Assembly: GCF_018350175.1 (NCBI RefSeq)
Contig: NC_058368.1
Location: forward strand, 160,148,001 to 160,212,000
Direction of reading: 5' to 3'
Source: Felis catus
Lineage: Eukaryota
Length of the DNA: 64,000 nucleotides
The notes under the pieces are model-generated. The model did not search any database. It worked only from the letters and a program-made list of their open reading frames with translations, and was not told the origin of the DNA. Numbering within the stretch: position 1 is the first letter of the stretch; each line of letters opens with the position of its first letter. Below are positions 62,513-64,000 of this stretch, in pieces. The position numbers were made by a program, and so were the translations under genes.

Positions 62513-62749
62513 TTTATTTATTTTTAAAATTTTTTTTTCAACTTTTATTTATTTTTGGGACAGAGAGAGAGAAAGAGAGAGAGCATGAACGGGGGAGGGG
62601 CAGAGAGAGAGGGAGACACAGAATCGGAAGCAGGCTCCAGGCTCTGAGCCATCAGCCCAGAGCCTGACGCCGGGCTCGAACTCACGGACCGCGAGATCGT
62701 GACCTGGCTGAAGTCGGACGCTTAACCGACTGCGCCACCCAGGCGCCCC
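62513..62749 (-). mobile_element. Young felid CanSINE
   Basis: CpG-rich; perfect 16-bp TSD tagcattcacttttta at 62497-62512 and 62750-62765. Confidence 0.97.
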
Positions 62750-63125
62750 TAGCATTCACTTTTTAAAATTATTTTTTAGTTAATGAAGAATTTCCTGGAG
62801 TATAAAGTAAGCCATTCATGGAGTTAAACTACAGTACTGGTAGCTAACCAAAATCCTAAAACTTACTCGGACTGTATTTTATTTTTCATCTTCATTTTTT
62901 TGTTACTAGTATAATTAATGTTAATATATATAAATTGTTTCTGTTTTTGTGGTTATAAACAAGGCAGTGATGCATATTTGAGTGCATATGCTTTCACATA
63001 TTTGTATAATTTAATCCTGAGTTTTCTGGTTGACATGGCATGCAATTTATAAGAGATTTTGCCAAGATCCTAGCTGTGTTCAAATGGAAGACCCTTTCGT
63101 TAGCCTTTCCCCAATTCTTCATTTT

Positions 63126-63174
63126 TTAAAAAGTTTATTTATTTATTTTGAGGGAAAGGGAAAGAGGGAGGAGG

Positions 63175-63224
<50 letters not shown>

Positions 63225-63360
63225 GAGAATCACAAGCAGGCTCAGCACTCCCAGCTCAGAGCCTCATGCGGGGCTCAAACCTGCAAATTGTGAGATCATG
63301 ACCTGAGCTGAAACCAAGGGCCAGACACTTAACTGACTGAGCCACCCAGGCAACCCCCCC
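63126..63360 (-). mobile_element. CanSINE (older) with long (GA)n
   Basis: Perfect 15-bp TSD ccaattcttcatttt at 63111-63125 and 63364-63378. Confidence 0.95.
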
Positions 63361-63494
63361 CCACCAATTCTTCATTTTAAATCTATAATTTTAAATCCGC
63401 AAGATGAGCATCTGAACATCACATTCCATAGTGTATGTAAGTAGTGAATCGTAATCAATTTATATGTCAAAAAATAAAAAGAAAAAAATAAGAC

Positions 63495-63711
63495 TTTTTA
63501 TTATTGATTTCTAGTTTAATTTTATTGTGGTCAGAGAACATACTTTGTATAACCTGTGCTCTTGGTTTTATGGCCCAGAATATGGTCTATCTTAGAAAAT
63601 GTTCTCTGTGCCCTTAAAAAGAGTGTATATTCTACTGTTGTTAGGTAGAGTGTTTTATCAATGTCAATTAGACATTGGTTGGTTGCTACTGTTGTTCAAG
63701 TTTTCTATACC
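63495..63711 (-). mobile_element. Old L1M fragment
   Basis: attgatttctagtttaattttattgtggtcagagaacatactttgtat...ttttatggcccagaatatggtctatcttagaaaatgttc. Confidence 0.8.
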
Positions 63712-64000
63712 TGTATTAGCTTGCTAGGGCTTCTGTAACAAAATACCACAAACTGAATATCCAAAGGTCTCAGATCAAGGTATTGGCAGAGCCATCCTTC
63801 TCCTGAAGGCACTAGGAAAAAGATTTATTCCAAACCTCTCTTCTAGCTTCTGGTAGTTCCTTGGCTTGTGGCGGCATAACTCCAAAATTCACATAGCATT
63901 ATCCCCATGTGCTTGTCTCTGTGTCCAAATTTCCCTGATTTTTTTTTAATAACTCAATCCAATCATATTGGATCAGGGACCTATCATACACTGGTATGAC
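63712..64000 (-). mobile_element. MaLR LTR (MLT1B/C-like), runs off the window end
   Basis: tgtattagcttgctagggcttctgtaacaaaataccacaaactg...gatcaaggtattggcagagcc...ctagcttctggtagttccttggcttgtggc. Confidence 0.85.

Noticed and set aside
1..64000. A novel multi-gene, defence or CRISPR-like system
   Set aside because: The DNA is repeat-rich mammalian non-coding sequence. There is no operon-like ORF array and no regular repeat-spacer array; the recurring ~200-bp units are dispersed SINEs with individual TSDs.

Overview
AT-rich mammalian genomic DNA, almost certainly from a cat-family (Felidae) genome: it carries about 30 tRNA-derived CanSINEs, including a young CpG-rich felid-type subfamily. I find no host protein-coding exon, RNA gene, CRISPR array or prokaryotic feature. 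The only ORFs with recognisable protein homology are decayed retroelement genes: L1 ORF1/ORF2, ERVL gag and integrase remnants, and an L2 endonuclease remnant. The main feature is a full-length but inactivated LINE-1 (12830-20612, +) with a target-site duplication (TSD), inserted into an ancient L2 and itself hit by four SINEs. The rest is a mosaic of old L1M, L2, MIR, MaLR/ERVL LTRs, two related solo LTRs and short repeat-free stretches with candidate regulatory motifs. The minus-strand bias of L1s and SINEs suggests an intron of a + strand gene. I do not see a novel biological system. The most unusual things directly visible are a perfect 40-bp palindrome inside a SINE, three cases of repeated or nested retrotransposition at a single target site, and a few motif-dense candidate enhancers. 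Family names for old repeats are from memory of consensus sequences, not from a database search; their boundaries are approximate.
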